38,831 nt of DNA from Bacteroidales bacterium (GCA_027015275.1 JALWCU010000184.1:1-38831); one strand, 5' to 3'; positions 28,226-38,469 are shown, counted from the stretch's first letter. Notes: generated by a model from the sequence alone, not told the origin. Made by a program: numbers and translations.

Positions 28226-28654
28226 CTACAAATTTTTGGTCATGAGCTGATGTTTGAGCCCGACTTCCAGGAAGGGACTGGCTATGGGAGTGTACCCGAG
28301 TTTTCTGTAAAAGTCAATAACATAATACCGTGCGTGTAGAATGGCTTTTTTGTACCCGAGCCCGCGAGCATAATCTTCGGCTGCGAGCATTAGTTTCCGC
28401 CCAAGTCCTGTATTTCTGTGGGAGTAATCTACAGCGACTTGTCTTATCTTAATTGTGTCTTTGTCAAGTGGTTTAAGTAGAGTAGTCCCGACGATTTCAT
28501 TATTGTCAGTGGCTATGATGTGAATGCACTCTTTGTCTTGTTCTAATGCCTGTGCGTTGAACTTCATTCCCAGTGGCAAGCGGAGGATTTTTTCTCTAAG
28601 TAATACGCTTGCTCGATAAAGCTCAGAGCCATATTCTGCTATTTTTATTTCCAT
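28226..28654 (-). CDS. GNAT family N-acetyltransferase (ElaA/YjcF-like)
   Basis: LREKILR.PLG, IRQVAV...RNTGLGRKLM, LHAR and FYRKLGY...F.EVG..H motifs. Confidence 0.92.
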   Translation of the reverse strand: MEIKIAEYGSELYRASVLLREKILRLPLGMKFNAQALEQDKECIHIIATDNNEIVGTTLLKPLDKDTIKIRQVAVDYSHRNTGLGRKLMLAAEDYARGLGYKKAILHARYYVIDFYRKLGYTPIASPFLEVGLKHQLMTKNL

Positions 28655-28709
28655 TGTGCGTGCAAGTTTGCTTAGTTTTGCTAAATTTACTCAAAAAAAG
28701 AAAAAATAA

Positions 28710-30026
28710 ATGGATTACCAGCAGACTCTAAAATATTTGTATAGTCAATTGCCAATGTATCAACGTATAGGTGCTGCGGCTTATAAGAAGGATTTGGCCC
28801 GTACCCTGGAGCTTGATGAATATTTTGGACATCCTCATCGACAATTTAAGTCTATTCATATTGCAGGAACTAATGGTAAAGGTTCTGTTGCACATACACT
28901 TGCATCGATTCTGCAAGAAGCAGGCTATCGAGTCGGATTGTACACTTCGCCGCATTATTTGGATTTTCGCGAGCGCATACGCATTAATGGACAGATGATT
29001 AGCCAAGATTATGTAACTGATTTTGTGCGTAATAATAAGGAGTATTTTGATAAGGTTAAGCCCTCATTCTTTGAGATGACAGTGGCAATGGCATTTGAAT
29101 ATTTTGCTCAGCAAAATGTGGATATTGCTGTGATTGAGGTGGGATTGGGTGGACGATTGGACTCGACGAATATAATAACGCCTCTGGTGTCGGTAATTAC
29201 CAATATTGGATATGACCACACACAGTTTTTGGGAAACACAATGACAGAGATTGCACGCGAAAAAGCTGGCATTATCAAGCCACATGTACCAGTGGTAATA
29301 GGGCAGATGCAGCCTACTGTTCAGAATGTTTTTCTGGACGTGGCTTCGCAGAAGGATTCTCAAATTTTCCTTGCAGCTAATAATTATTTTGTGAAGAATG
29401 CTTATCAAACAAGCGATGGCAAACTGTCCTTTTCCGTGTATCATCGCGGAGAGATTTGTTACAAGGACATGAAATTCGGTCTGCTTGGACAGTATCAAAA
29501 ACAAAACATACCTGTTATCCTTCAGACCGTAGATGTGCTGGGTCAATATCCTTATTTTCAGATAGATAAAAGTGTTTTAGCCATGGGCATGGAGCGGGTT
29601 GTAGAAAATACTGGTATCATGGGACGCTGGCAGATTATATCCCGCTCGCCACTTATTGTATGCGATGCAGGTCATAACCAGGACGGCATTCGTCAGGTTG
29701 TGGCACAGCTGAAATATCAGAAATATGACAAACTGCATTTTATCTTTGGTGTTGTAAAGGACAAGGATCTTGGCTCTATCCTGCGTCTGTTACCCACCAA
29801 GGCAAAGTACTATTTTGTGCGTTCATCAGTGGACAGGTCTTTGCCAGCTGAGCAGCTTAGGCAGAGTGCTAAAGATTTTGGACTGTTGGGAGAGGCTTTT
29901 GACAGTGTGCCAGAAGCTATAGACAAAGCCATGAAAGAGGCAAGCGACAAGGATATGATTTTTATTGGTGGGAGCAGTTTCGTAGTGGCCGATGCGCTAG
30001 AATATTTTCAGCAAAAAGAAATTTAA
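28710..30026 (+). CDS. folC: Bifunctional folylpolyglutamate synthase/dihydrofolate synthase
   Basis: HIAGTNGKGS, YTSPH, EVGLGGRLDSTN, DH...LG, REKAGIIK and D.GHN motifs. Confidence 0.96.
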   Translation: MDYQQTLKYLYSQLPMYQRIGAAAYKKDLARTLELDEYFGHPHRQFKSIHIAGTNGKGSVAHTLASILQEAGYRVGLYTSPHYLDFRERIRINGQMISQDYVTDFVRNNKEYFDKVKPSFFEMTVAMAFEYFAQQNVDIAVIEVGLGGRLDSTNIITPLVSVITNIGYDHTQFLGNTMTEIAREKAGIIKPHVPVVIGQMQPTVQNVFLDVASQKDSQIFLAANNYFVKNAYQTSDGKLSFSVYHRGEICYKDMKFGLLGQYQKQNIPVILQTVDVLGQYPYFQIDKSVLAMGMERVVENTGIMGRWQIISRSPLIVCDAGHNQDGIRQVVAQLKYQKYDKLHFIFGVVKDKDLGSILRLLPTKAKYYFVRSSVDRSLPAEQLRQSAKDFGLLGEAFDSVPEAIDKAMKEASDKDMIFIGGSSFVVADALEYFQQKEI

Positions 30027-30039
30027 TGTTTTTAAAAAT

Positions 30040-30092
30040 AAGACAAATTTGTCTTTTATTTTTGGGATAAATTTATAATTCAATTAAATTCG
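30040..30092 (+). promoter_or_regulatory. Perfect 16-bp palindrome (putative operator) next to the mrp promoter
   Basis: AAGACAAATTTGTCTT (30040-30055), followed by TTTG(30061)-N20-TAAATTCG(30085). Confidence 0.55.
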
Positions 30093-30120
30093 CAACGTCA
30101 AAATCAATAAAATCAGAGAT

Positions 30121-31224
30121 ATGGCAAATATTAGAGAAGAAATAATTGAAAAGCTCAGAGCAATCAAAGTTCCTGAGAGTGATAAGACAATAGCTGACCT
30201 TATCAAAGACCTGCGAGTATCAGACAAGGATATTTTAGTAGAGATGGAGCTGGACCGCAAGACAGCAGTTCTGCGTCGTTCTATTGAGCGTGCAGTACAG
30301 AAGGTTGTGGATACATATCGCGGTCAGGGGTATAAGGTTATGTTGAATATCACAGAGGAAAAAATGGAGTTTCAGAAAGTAAACATACAGGCTCCACCCG
30401 AGCGTCCACTAAAGGATGTCAAGAATATCATAGCAGTTGCTTCGGGCAAAGGCGGTGTTGGCAAATCCACAGTTGCCGCTAATCTGGCTGCTGCCCTGGC
30501 ATCGACCGGAGCAAAAGTTGGTCTTCTGGACGCAGACCTTTATGGTCCTTCGATACCTACTATGTTTGGTCTGGAAAATGAAAAGCCTTTTGTGAAGAAA
30601 ATTGATGGGAAAGATATGATACTGCCAGTTGAGAAATTTGGCGTGCATGTTATTTCAATAGGTTTCTTCATCCGTCCCGAAGATGCTGTTATATGGCGTG
30701 GTGCTATGGCAACGAATGCTATTAAGCAGTTGCTAAGTGATGTTTACTGGGGTGAGCTTGATTACTTTATTATTGACCTACCTCCGGGAACTGGTGATAT
30801 TCCTCTTACTCTTGTTCAGACCATACCGCTGACTGGTAGTATTATAGTTACCACACCGCAGAAAGTGGCTATTGCTGATGTAATTAAGGCTATAAACATG
30901 TTCAAAACAGATAAGATTAATGTGCCTATTTTGGGTCTTATTGAGAATATGTCTTGGTTCACACCAGCAGAATGTCCAGATAAGAAATATTACATCTTTG
31001 GTCAGGGCGGTGGAGAGAAGCTTTCCAAGGAGTTTAATACACCAATTCTGGGCAGAGTACCGATGATAATGAGTATTGTTGAGGATAGTGATAGTGGTAA
31101 CCCAACTGTTCTTAAGCAAGATAGCCCGTATAATAATTATTTTCTTGACATTGCCACTAGACTCATAGAAGAGGTTGATAAACGTAATAAGAATCTGCCT
31201 CCTACTGAGATATTGAAGATTTGA
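30121..31224 (+). CDS. mrp: Mrp/NBP35 (ApbC) family Fe-S cluster carrier ATPase
   Basis: ASGKGGVGKST, DADLYGPS, WRG.M, DLPPGTGD, VTTPQ and ENMS motifs. Confidence 0.94.
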   Translation: MANIREEIIEKLRAIKVPESDKTIADLIKDLRVSDKDILVEMELDRKTAVLRRSIERAVQKVVDTYRGQGYKVMLNITEEKMEFQKVNIQAPPERPLKDVKNIIAVASGKGGVGKSTVAANLAAALASTGAKVGLLDADLYGPSIPTMFGLENEKPFVKKIDGKDMILPVEKFGVHVISIGFFIRPEDAVIWRGAMATNAIKQLLSDVYWGELDYFIIDLPPGTGDIPLTLVQTIPLTGSIIVTTPQKVAIADVIKAINMFKTDKINVPILGLIENMSWFTPAECPDKKYYIFGQGGGEKLSKEFNTPILGRVPMIMSIVEDSDSGNPTVLKQDSPYNNYFLDIATRLIEEVDKRNKNLPPTEILKI

Positions 31225-31240
31225 TGGCTATGTTATTTAT

Positions 31241-31279
31241 AAAATTCCCGCAAGCCAACAGACTTGCGGGAATTTTTTT
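31241..31279. terminator. Intrinsic terminator, likely bidirectional
   Basis: AAAATTCCCGCAAG-N8-CTTGCGGGAATTTTTTT between convergent genes. Confidence 0.87.
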
Positions 31280-31293
31280 ATGCTCTCAGAAGT

Positions 31294-32661
31294 CTAATCT
31301 TCTTTTGATTTAGATTTGTGCTGTGGATGTTCCTGTTTTATAGTGTAGGTCCAGAGCTCTTTCCCCTTGACATTGTAAACAGTTATGACCATTTTTCTAT
31401 TATGCCATGGACCTTTTACGTCTATCAGGCCAAAGTTGCGTTCTGTAACGAGCGTACCGGGCAGACGAAGCTTATTTACTTCGTTTACTGCTTGGACGTC
31501 TGGGCGTGAGTTGAATGGCGAGAGAGTAATATCATAAATAGTAGGTTCGCCTTGTTTCTTGAGCATATCAAGCTCTGTGTGGTGCCTATCGCCTGTTATG
31601 AACACTACATTGTAGATTTTTTGTTGGTAAATCCAGTCTATAATAGCCTGACGTTCTTTGTTAAAGCCAAAATTTGTATAGGTTTCATACACTCCAGCTG
31701 GATTGAGAAATTGTCCACCGATTACTATGACCTTGTAAGAAGCATTTGAGAATACCAGCGCACGTTTTAGCCATTCGAGCTGTGCCTTACCGAGCTGGGT
31801 TTTGTATCCGTCGGTTTTCATTAAATCCGGGTCGCGGTAATAGCGGTTGTCGAGCAAGAAAAAGTCCACATCGTTCCAGTTGAAGAAGGTTGTAGTACCG
31901 GGGTTTCCGTCAACGCCATAGGATGGATTTGCCCAGAAAAGTTTGAAAACTTTTAGAGATATTTGCTTGAAAGGGAATGAGCCATCGCTGTTGTTTGGTC
32001 CGAAGTCATGGTCATCCCATATTGCATAGTTAAATGAATTAGCTAACAATGGCTGGAATTGTTTTAGCTGGCGGTCGTGTGTATAGCGATAGACCATACC
32101 TGTCCAGGAGTTCCATTCATTTTGTCTGAGATAGACATTATCTCCGAGCCAGAGAACGAAATCAGGATGTTTTTTGTAGATTGTAGTGTAAATATCGTAT
32201 CCGCCGCCATAGGGCTTTCCAGGTCTATCCCACTTGGGGTCGTTGATATAAGTGCCACTGCTTGAAGCGAATGTAAACTCAGGTGGGTCAGTTCGATAGC
32301 GCCATATTGCTTTGGTTTTGAATTGTGTAGGGAAATTGAGTTTTACTTTTTTATTATTGATAAAGACATCGTATTTGTACTTGGTGTCAGGTTTAATTTG
32401 ATCGAGTTTAAGGTGTGCTGTAAAGGCGCCGTTTTTATTGGTCATTACTTTGTCTGACCACAGAGTGTCGGTAATGTTGCCATTTTTGTCGAGAGGATAG
32501 TAAGCTATTTGAACAGTAGCAGCGGCTTTTGTCTGTAGCCAAATCATTGTTTCGTGCATAGTCAGATATCCGAGCATTGGCCCAGATAAAAGCAGATTTT
32601 CTTGTGCTTTTACCCAAAGGAATGAGAAAAGCACTGAAAGGGCAAGAATAAGTTTTTTCAT
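31294..32661 (-). CDS. Alkaline phosphatase D (PhoD) family protein
   Basis: Signal peptide, GPMLG, LGDNVY, WDDHDFG.N, LDNRYYR, LG..QL.WL and GDRH motifs. Confidence 0.88.
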   Translation of the reverse strand: MKKLILALSVLFSFLWVKAQENLLLSGPMLGYLTMHETMIWLQTKAAATVQIAYYPLDKNGNITDTLWSDKVMTNKNGAFTAHLKLDQIKPDTKYKYDVFINNKKVKLNFPTQFKTKAIWRYRTDPPEFTFASSSGTYINDPKWDRPGKPYGGGYDIYTTIYKKHPDFVLWLGDNVYLRQNEWNSWTGMVYRYTHDRQLKQFQPLLANSFNYAIWDDHDFGPNNSDGSFPFKQISLKVFKLFWANPSYGVDGNPGTTTFFNWNDVDFFLLDNRYYRDPDLMKTDGYKTQLGKAQLEWLKRALVFSNASYKVIVIGGQFLNPAGVYETYTNFGFNKERQAIIDWIYQQKIYNVVFITGDRHHTELDMLKKQGEPTIYDITLSPFNSRPDVQAVNEVNKLRLPGTLVTERNFGLIDVKGPWHNRKMVITVYNVKGKELWTYTIKQEHPQHKSKSKED

Positions 32662-32729
32662 TTTCCTTTGATTTAACAGTTTAGATTTTAGATATAAAAT
32701 TAAGGTTTAGTTTTGAGTTAAAAAAATTT

Positions 32730-32737
32730 TAATTTTG
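32730..32737 (+). promoter_or_regulatory. -7 promoter box for accA-dnaB
   Basis: TAATTTTG 23 nt upstream of the accA ATG. Confidence 0.55.
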
Positions 32738-32760
32738 TCCTAAACCATAAATGGATAAAA

Positions 32761-33723
32761 ATGCAACTTTTAGATTTTGAAGAGCCTTTGCAAGAATTAT
32801 ATGACCAGCTGGAAAAGGTTAGAGAGATTGGTCAGAAGACAGATGTAGATGTTACCCCGACAATACAGGAACTTGAGAAAAAGATTGAGGAAAAGAAAAA
32901 GGAAATATACTCTAATCTGACGGCATGGCAAAAGGTACAGATTTCCCGCCATCCACAGCGACCTTACACACTTAGTTACATAGAAGCTATGACAGGAGGT
33001 AATTTCATAGAGCTGCATGGAGATCGTCTTTTTAGTGATGATCATGCCATAGTCGGCGGCTTTGGAATGATAGACACTCAGACGGTTATGTTCATAGGCC
33101 ATCAGAAAGGCGAGAATACAAAGGCACGTCAGTATCGTAATTTTGGGATGGCAAATCCAGAAGGCTATCGCAAGGCATTGAGGCTGATGAAGCTGGCAGA
33201 GAAATTTAACCGTCCAATTGTTACTCTCATAGACACTCCTGGTGCTTTCCCAGGTATAGAAGCAGAGGAAAGGGGACAGGCCGAAGCCATAGCACGCAAT
33301 TTATATGAGATGTTTCGCATTAAGGTACCGATAATAGTTGTAATAATCGGCGAAGGTGCGTCGGGAGGTGCTATTGGCATAGGTGTGGGAGACCGTGTTT
33401 ATATGTTGCAATATACTTGGTATTCAGTAATTTCCCCTGAATCTTGTTCATCTATTTTGTGGCGAAGCTGGGATTACAAGAAGGAAGCAGCCCAAGCTTT
33501 GAAATTAACCGCCGAAGATATGCTTTCTCTGGGCCTTATCGATGATATAATCAAGGAACCACTGGGTGGCGCTCATAATAATCCACAGGAAATTTTTGAT
33601 CGAGTAAAGCAAACAATACTGAAAGACCTGTCAGTACTCAGGGAGATGCCTGTTGAAAAATTGCTAAAAAATCGTATTGAAAAATTCACAAGTTTTGGCG
33701 TTTTTAGAGAAGTTGAAATGTAA
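32761..33723 (+). CDS. accA: Acetyl-CoA carboxylase carboxyltransferase alpha subunit
   Basis: [41 protein letters not shown] and GEGASGGA motifs. Confidence 0.97.
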   Translation: MQLLDFEEPLQELYDQLEKVREIGQKTDVDVTPTIQELEKKIEEKKKEIYSNLTAWQKVQISRHPQRPYTLSYIEAMTGGNFIELHGDRLFSDDHAIVGGFGMIDTQTVMFIGHQKGENTKARQYRNFGMANPEGYRKALRLMKLAEKFNRPIVTLIDTPGAFPGIEAEERGQAEAIARNLYEMFRIKVPIIVVIIGEGASGGAIGIGVGDRVYMLQYTWYSVISPESCSSILWRSWDYKKEAAQALKLTAEDMLSLGLIDDIIKEPLGGAHNNPQEIFDRVKQTILKDLSVLREMPVEKLLKNRIEKFTSFGVFREVEM

Positions 33724-33736
33724 AATGTAAATTATT

Positions 33737-35296
33737 ATGGCCCAGGTAAAGAAGAATAGTTTGAATAATTTTTTGGAGACAATAGGTCGTGTGCCCCCGC
33801 ATGATGAGGAAATAGAGCGTGCTGTGCTGGGTACACTTATGGCTTTTGAGAACTTTGCAGAGGATAATCATCATTTGCTCAAACCAGAAGTCTTTTATAA
33901 TGAGATACATAGTAAGATCTATGCTGCTATAGATCATCTTGTCAGAGACCATGAAAAAAACACAAAGGTAGATGTTTTTACAGTAAAAGATGAGCTGGAA
34001 AAGCAGGGCTTGCTCGAAGAGGTTGGTGGCATACAATATCTGATTTCCTTGACCTCCTCTATTGGATCGCCAGCACACCTTGATTATCATATAAAAATAT
34101 TGGTGCAAAAATACATTCAGCGAGAGCTTATCAAACTGACGGCAGATATACAGACTCGTGCCTTTGACCCAAGCTATGATGTGGATGACCTGTTGGATTA
34201 TTCAGAAAAAAGAATTTTTGATTTGACCTATGGAACAATATCTACTGATGCGCGGCCTTTTAAACAGGTTGTGGACCAGGTTGTTAAAGAAATAGAGACC
34301 ATATCACAAAGCGATAGTCATCTCACTGGTGTACCATCGGGTTATCCCAGTATAGACCGTGTTACAGGCGGCTGGCAAAAGTCAGATTTAATTATAGTAG
34401 CAGCGCGTCCGTCTATGGGTAAGACAGCCTTTGTCGTTAACATGGCCAAGATGCTTGCAGCGGACTACAATAGGCCTGTAGCTTTCTTTACTTTGGAAAT
34501 GCCGGCCGAGCAGATAGCCTTGCGTATGATGTCCATACAGGCTGAGATTCCCATGAACAAGTTGCGTACAGGACAGCTGGAAAAAGACGAATGGCTTAAG
34601 TTTGAGCAGAGTGTGGACAATAATTTTATGAGTGCACCATTGTACATTGATGATACGCCACAGTTGTCTCTATTTGAGCTGCGTGCCAAGGCTAGAAGGC
34701 TCAAGAGCAAACATGATATTTCATTAATAGTGGTTGACTATTTGCAGTTGATGACTCTGCCTTCCGAGGGCCGTATGAATCGTGAGCAGGTTGTCAGCCA
34801 AATATCGCGTGGTCTGAAAGCTATTGCAAAAGAGTTAAAAATACCAGTCATAGCACTTTCACAGCTCAACCGTTCGGTAGAGATGCGCGGTGGGTCAAAG
34901 CGTCCACAGCTAGCGGATCTTCGTGAGTCAGGGGCTATTGAGCAGGATGCTGATATGGTTATTTTCTTGCATCGTCCAGAATATTATGGTATAAAAGAAG
35001 ATGCCGAAGGTAATCCTCTGGAGGGTATTGCCGAGATTATTATAGCAAAGCATCGTAATGGTCCTTTAGCAGATATCAAGTTGAAATTTATAAAAGAATA
35101 TGCTAAATTTGAAGAAGTCGAAGATAATGTATTACAGAATATTGATGATGTAGAGGTTAAGACTTTCACCTCTAAGATTAATTCCGAAGTATTAGACGAA
35201 AGTATGGGAGCTGACCCTTTGAGCAATCTGGATAATGATTTTGATGAAGGAGATGAGCCAGACTTTGACTTTACAGAGGATGAGATTCCTTACTAA
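33737..35296 (+). CDS. dnaB: Replicative DNA helicase
   Basis: PP...E.E.AVLG, AARPSMGKT, VDYLQL, LSQLNR, DLRESGAIEQDAD and AKHRNGP motifs; no intein. Confidence 0.97.
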   Translation: MAQVKKNSLNNFLETIGRVPPHDEEIERAVLGTLMAFENFAEDNHHLLKPEVFYNEIHSKIYAAIDHLVRDHEKNTKVDVFTVKDELEKQGLLEEVGGIQYLISLTSSIGSPAHLDYHIKILVQKYIQRELIKLTADIQTRAFDPSYDVDDLLDYSEKRIFDLTYGTISTDARPFKQVVDQVVKEIETISQSDSHLTGVPSGYPSIDRVTGGWQKSDLIIVAARPSMGKTAFVVNMAKMLAADYNRPVAFFTLEMPAEQIALRMMSIQAEIPMNKLRTGQLEKDEWLKFEQSVDNNFMSAPLYIDDTPQLSLFELRAKARRLKSKHDISLIVVDYLQLMTLPSEGRMNREQVVSQISRGLKAIAKELKIPVIALSQLNRSVEMRGGSKRPQLADLRESGAIEQDADMVIFLHRPEYYGIKEDAEGNPLEGIAEIIIAKHRNGPLADIKLKFIKEYAKFEEVEDNVLQNIDDVEVKTFTSKINSEVLDESMGADPLSNLDNDFDEGDEPDFDFTEDEIPY

Positions 35297-35320
35297 ATTC
35301 AAACAATAAAAGTAATTACT

Positions 35321-36841
35321 ATGAAAAACGTTTTCAAGTTATTGTTCGTTCTGCTATTTGTCTCTGGTTTTACCTTCGGTGTTTATGCCCAGCAAGAGAA
35401 ATCAGATGATAATGATAGCTATGATATTGATATGCCAGACTTGACAGAGAACGGTATAGGTGGTCTTCTGGGATATAGTTCTATAGGTGGTCAGTCTTAT
35501 TTTACTTTCCGTTTCAAGCCAGATTTGTCTTTTGGTAAGTTGGGCATTGGATTGGATGTACCAGTTGTTTATGGACTTAATGGTCAAGGTCTGAGAATGG
35601 ACGAGTACAAGGATGGCATCGGTTTGCTCAGGATGATCAGTTATATTCGCTATGGACGCAAGAAAAGAGATAATTTCTATGTACGTGTTGGAGAGCTTAG
35701 GGACTCACGTTTGGGCTTTGGTATTCTGATTAGCGATTATAATAACACGATTTCTTATGAGAAACGTAAGTTGGGTGTTGAGTTTGATGTTGTTCTCAAG
35801 AAAAAATTTGGATTGGAGTTTCTCTACAGTGATATCACACCTATTAGTATAAATTTAATGGGTATTCGTCCATATTACAAGCCTTTTGGGGCAACGGGCA
35901 TACCGATTATAAAGACCTTTGAGATAGGTGCATCGTTTGTTACTGACCATGACAGGACAGTATTGGCACGCACACAGGATAGCTTGGGTAATGAGCTGGA
36001 ATATCGTAATAATTATTTCTTAGACGGTAGTGGTATTAATGCATTTAGTGTGGACATGGGATTTTATATTTTCCGTTGGAATTGGCTCTGGTGGGATGTT
36101 TATGCGCAAGCTGCTTATTTCCGCCCTATCAAGTCTGATTCTTTGACAGCATATCTGACCAATTATGGCGATGCTTTTCAGAGACAGTATTTGGCATCAA
36201 AGGGCGGATATGGCTATTCTATTGGTTCTGATTTCAAATTTCATTTTCTTGGTAATTTGCTAAGGATTGATGCCAGGGCAGAGAGATTTTGGCATACAGA
36301 CTATTATGTGGCACGTATGTTTGATTTTGCTTACATGATGGACAAAGATGCTGCTATACTCAAGCTCACCCAGAGTCATGCTTCCAAAGGGACTTATGCA
36401 AAGCTTTCGGCTTCTATTCTGGATAAGATTTTCTTCTCGGGAAGTATAACCTTAGATTCTTTGGTAATTAATGAGAAACATCCTGCTATGGTAGCGCTTA
36501 ATCTGGATATGTCGCGGTTGACAAAGAAGTTTACATTACGTACAACAGCCTTTAATTCTGCTGTTACGAGTTTATCTGACCTATTGAAATTAGATAAGAC
36601 GGCTTTGTTTTCTACACGGTTGGGATACATGATTTATGAAATACCGATTGTAAAACTTCAGTTGCATATAGGTTTTGATTACCGCTGGACATTTGCCAAT
36701 GTAGCAAGGCTTGCTGCCGAAGGAACAGCTCAGGACTGGTTCAAGCAGACCAGCTATATCACACCTTATTTCCGTATAGTTTACCCTATGAACAGATCTA
36801 AAAAGAAAAAGAAAAGCGACGAAGATAAATTGCTTGAGTAG
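35321..36841 (+). CDS. Exported hypothetical protein, probable outer-membrane beta-rich protein
   Basis: Signal peptide, alternating amphipathic beta-strand patterns, 506-aa ORF in the accA-dnaB run with a terminator after it. Confidence 0.7.
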   Translation: MKNVFKLLFVLLFVSGFTFGVYAQQEKSDDNDSYDIDMPDLTENGIGGLLGYSSIGGQSYFTFRFKPDLSFGKLGIGLDVPVVYGLNGQGLRMDEYKDGIGLLRMISYIRYGRKKRDNFYVRVGELRDSRLGFGILISDYNNTISYEKRKLGVEFDVVLKKKFGLEFLYSDITPISINLMGIRPYYKPFGATGIPIIKTFEIGASFVTDHDRTVLARTQDSLGNELEYRNNYFLDGSGINAFSVDMGFYIFRWNWLWWDVYAQAAYFRPIKSDSLTAYLTNYGDAFQRQYLASKGGYGYSIGSDFKFHFLGNLLRIDARAERFWHTDYYVARMFDFAYMMDKDAAILKLTQSHASKGTYAKLSASILDKIFFSGSITLDSLVINEKHPAMVALNLDMSRLTKKFTLRTTAFNSAVTSLSDLLKLDKTALFSTRLGYMIYEIPIVKLQLHIGFDYRWTFANVARLAAEGTAQDWFKQTSYITPYFRIVYPMNRSKKKKKSDEDKLLE

Positions 36842-36867
36842 TAGCTTGTTTGTTAGTTGATTACTTT

Positions 36868-36900
36868 AAGGCTGGGATCCCATGGCTCCCAGCCTTTTTT
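36868..36900 (+). terminator. Intrinsic terminator
   Basis: AAGGCTGGGA-TCCCATGGC-TCCCAGCCTTTTTT. Confidence 0.8.
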
Positions 36901-36982
36901 GTCTTAGGTTATAACAAATTGTGTTGTTAATCATTATTTATTTTTGTCCAATCTTATAACTTTGATAAAAAATTGTTTTGTC

Positions 36983-37702
36983 ATGATACATCTTAGTGTT
37001 AACATCAACAAGATAGCCACGCTTAGAAATGCCAGAGGTGGCGATATCCCAAATGTTTTGGAAGCAGCTATCAATGTTCAGAAGTTTGGAGCTCAGGGTG
37101 TAACAGTTCATCCGAGACCCGATGAAAGACATATCCGTTATTCTGATGTACGTGAAATACGTCCATATATTACCACAGAGTTTAATATTGAGGGCTATCC
37201 TATTGACCGGTTCATGGATCTTGTTCTGGAAGTCAAGCCACATCAAGTAACATTAGTTCCTGATCCACCAGATGTGCTAACATCCAACACTGGCTGGGAT
37301 ACTAAGAAGCACAAGAAGTTTTTGCGTGAGATAATAGAGGCACTAAGGAATGCGGGTATTAGACCGTCGATTTTTGTTAATCCAGATAAGGAGATGATTA
37401 AGCATGCTGTGGATACTGGCACAGTACGAGTAGAGCTTTACACAGAGCCCTATGCACGTGTTTATCCACAAAACCCGCAGGAAGCAATTAAAATTTATGT
37501 TGAAGCAGCACAGTATGCTCGTTCATTAGGTCTGGAGCTAAACGCTGGGCATGATTTGAATTTACATAATTTGAATTATTTTGCTCGGAAGATCCCATAT
37601 CTGAGTGAGGTTTCGATTGGACATGCCTTGATATCGGATGCTCTTTATTATGGGTTGGAAAATACGATTCAGATGTATTTGCGTCAATTGGAAGTTGACT
37701 GA
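36983..37702 (+). CDS. pdxJ: Pyridoxine 5'-phosphate synthase
   Basis: LSVNINKIATLRNARG, TVHPRPDERHI, TLVPD, ELYT, NAGHDL and EVSIGHALI motifs. Start at the ATG at 36983. Confidence 0.96.
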   Translation: MIHLSVNINKIATLRNARGGDIPNVLEAAINVQKFGAQGVTVHPRPDERHIRYSDVREIRPYITTEFNIEGYPIDRFMDLVLEVKPHQVTLVPDPPDVLTSNTGWDTKKHKKFLREIIEALRNAGIRPSIFVNPDKEMIKHAVDTGTVRVELYTEPYARVYPQNPQEAIKIYVEAAQYARSLGLELNAGHDLNLHNLNYFARKIPYLSEVSIGHALISDALYYGLENTIQMYLRQLEVD

Positions 37703-38469
37703 GTTGTGGTTTTATTTTTCTGGGTAGGATGTTCTGGGCGTTGTCCATTATCAATTTTTTCAAAAGCTTGGCGTGCAGCATCTTGCTCGGCTTCTTTTTT
37801 TGATTCGCCCTTGCCTTGTCCGAAGATTTGATTGTTCAGGAAAATTTCTGATTTGAAGCGTGCAGGAATTTGATTGCCAATTTGTTGGGTGTTGAAATCA
37901 ACATCGACATTATTATGCTGCGCCCATTCCAATATGCGGCTCTTGTAGTTGTTTTCAGAGTTAATTACCTGGGCGATGTCCACGTTTTGGTAAAATAGTT
38001 GTGAGATAATAAAATCCTTTGTTATAGAATATCCAAGGTCTAAATATACAGCGCCTATAAAGGCTTCCAGTGCATTACCAGGAATATGCTTGTTTACTTT
38101 GAATTTTTTTATGTGTATGATAATAAAATCATTAATCCCTGTTTTAATGGCGAGTGAGGACATTATTTTTCTGTTAACCAGTTTTGATCTGGCCTGAGTC
38201 AAAAAACCTTCGTTAGCCTGTGGAAATTTCCTAAAAAGATAGTCGCCAACAACGGCTCCCAGAATAGCATCTCCGAGAAATTCAAGGCGCTCATTGTTGA
38301 CGACTTTGCCTTCATGATCAATATAGCTGGCAGACTTGTGAATAAATGCAGTCTTGTAATATCGCAAGTTTATAGGATATGTGCCAATGATTTGTCTCAG
38401 ATCATGCCTAAAGTTTTTCTCTTGTTTGTCCAGAATGTATTTCCACCATCCAATAAATCGTCTGATCAC
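37684..38469 (-). CDS. rnc: Ribonuclease III
   Basis: NERLEFLGDAILG signature, EG.LT..RS.LV, ALEAFIGAVYLD, and dsRBD NYKS.ILEW.Q...G.SKKEAEQ.AA. Confidence 0.96.
   Translation of the reverse strand: MIRRFIGWWKYILDKQEKNFRHDLRQIIGTYPINLRYYKTAFIHKSASYIDHEGKVVNNERLEFLGDAILGAVVGDYLFRKFPQANEGFLTQARSKLVNRKIMSSLAIKTGINDFIIIHIKKFKVNKHIPGNALEAFIGAVYLDLGYSITKDFIISQLFYQNVDIAQVINSENNYKSRILEWAQHNNVDVDFNTQQIGNQIPARFKSEIFLNNQIFGQGKGESKKEAEQDAARQAFEKIDNGQRPEHPTQKNKTTTQSTSN

Noticed and set aside
35100-35296. Acidic DnaB tail ending EDEIPY, resembling an SSB tail; possible intein
   Set aside because: Such tails are common in Bacteroidota DnaB, and the length and motifs show no intein.
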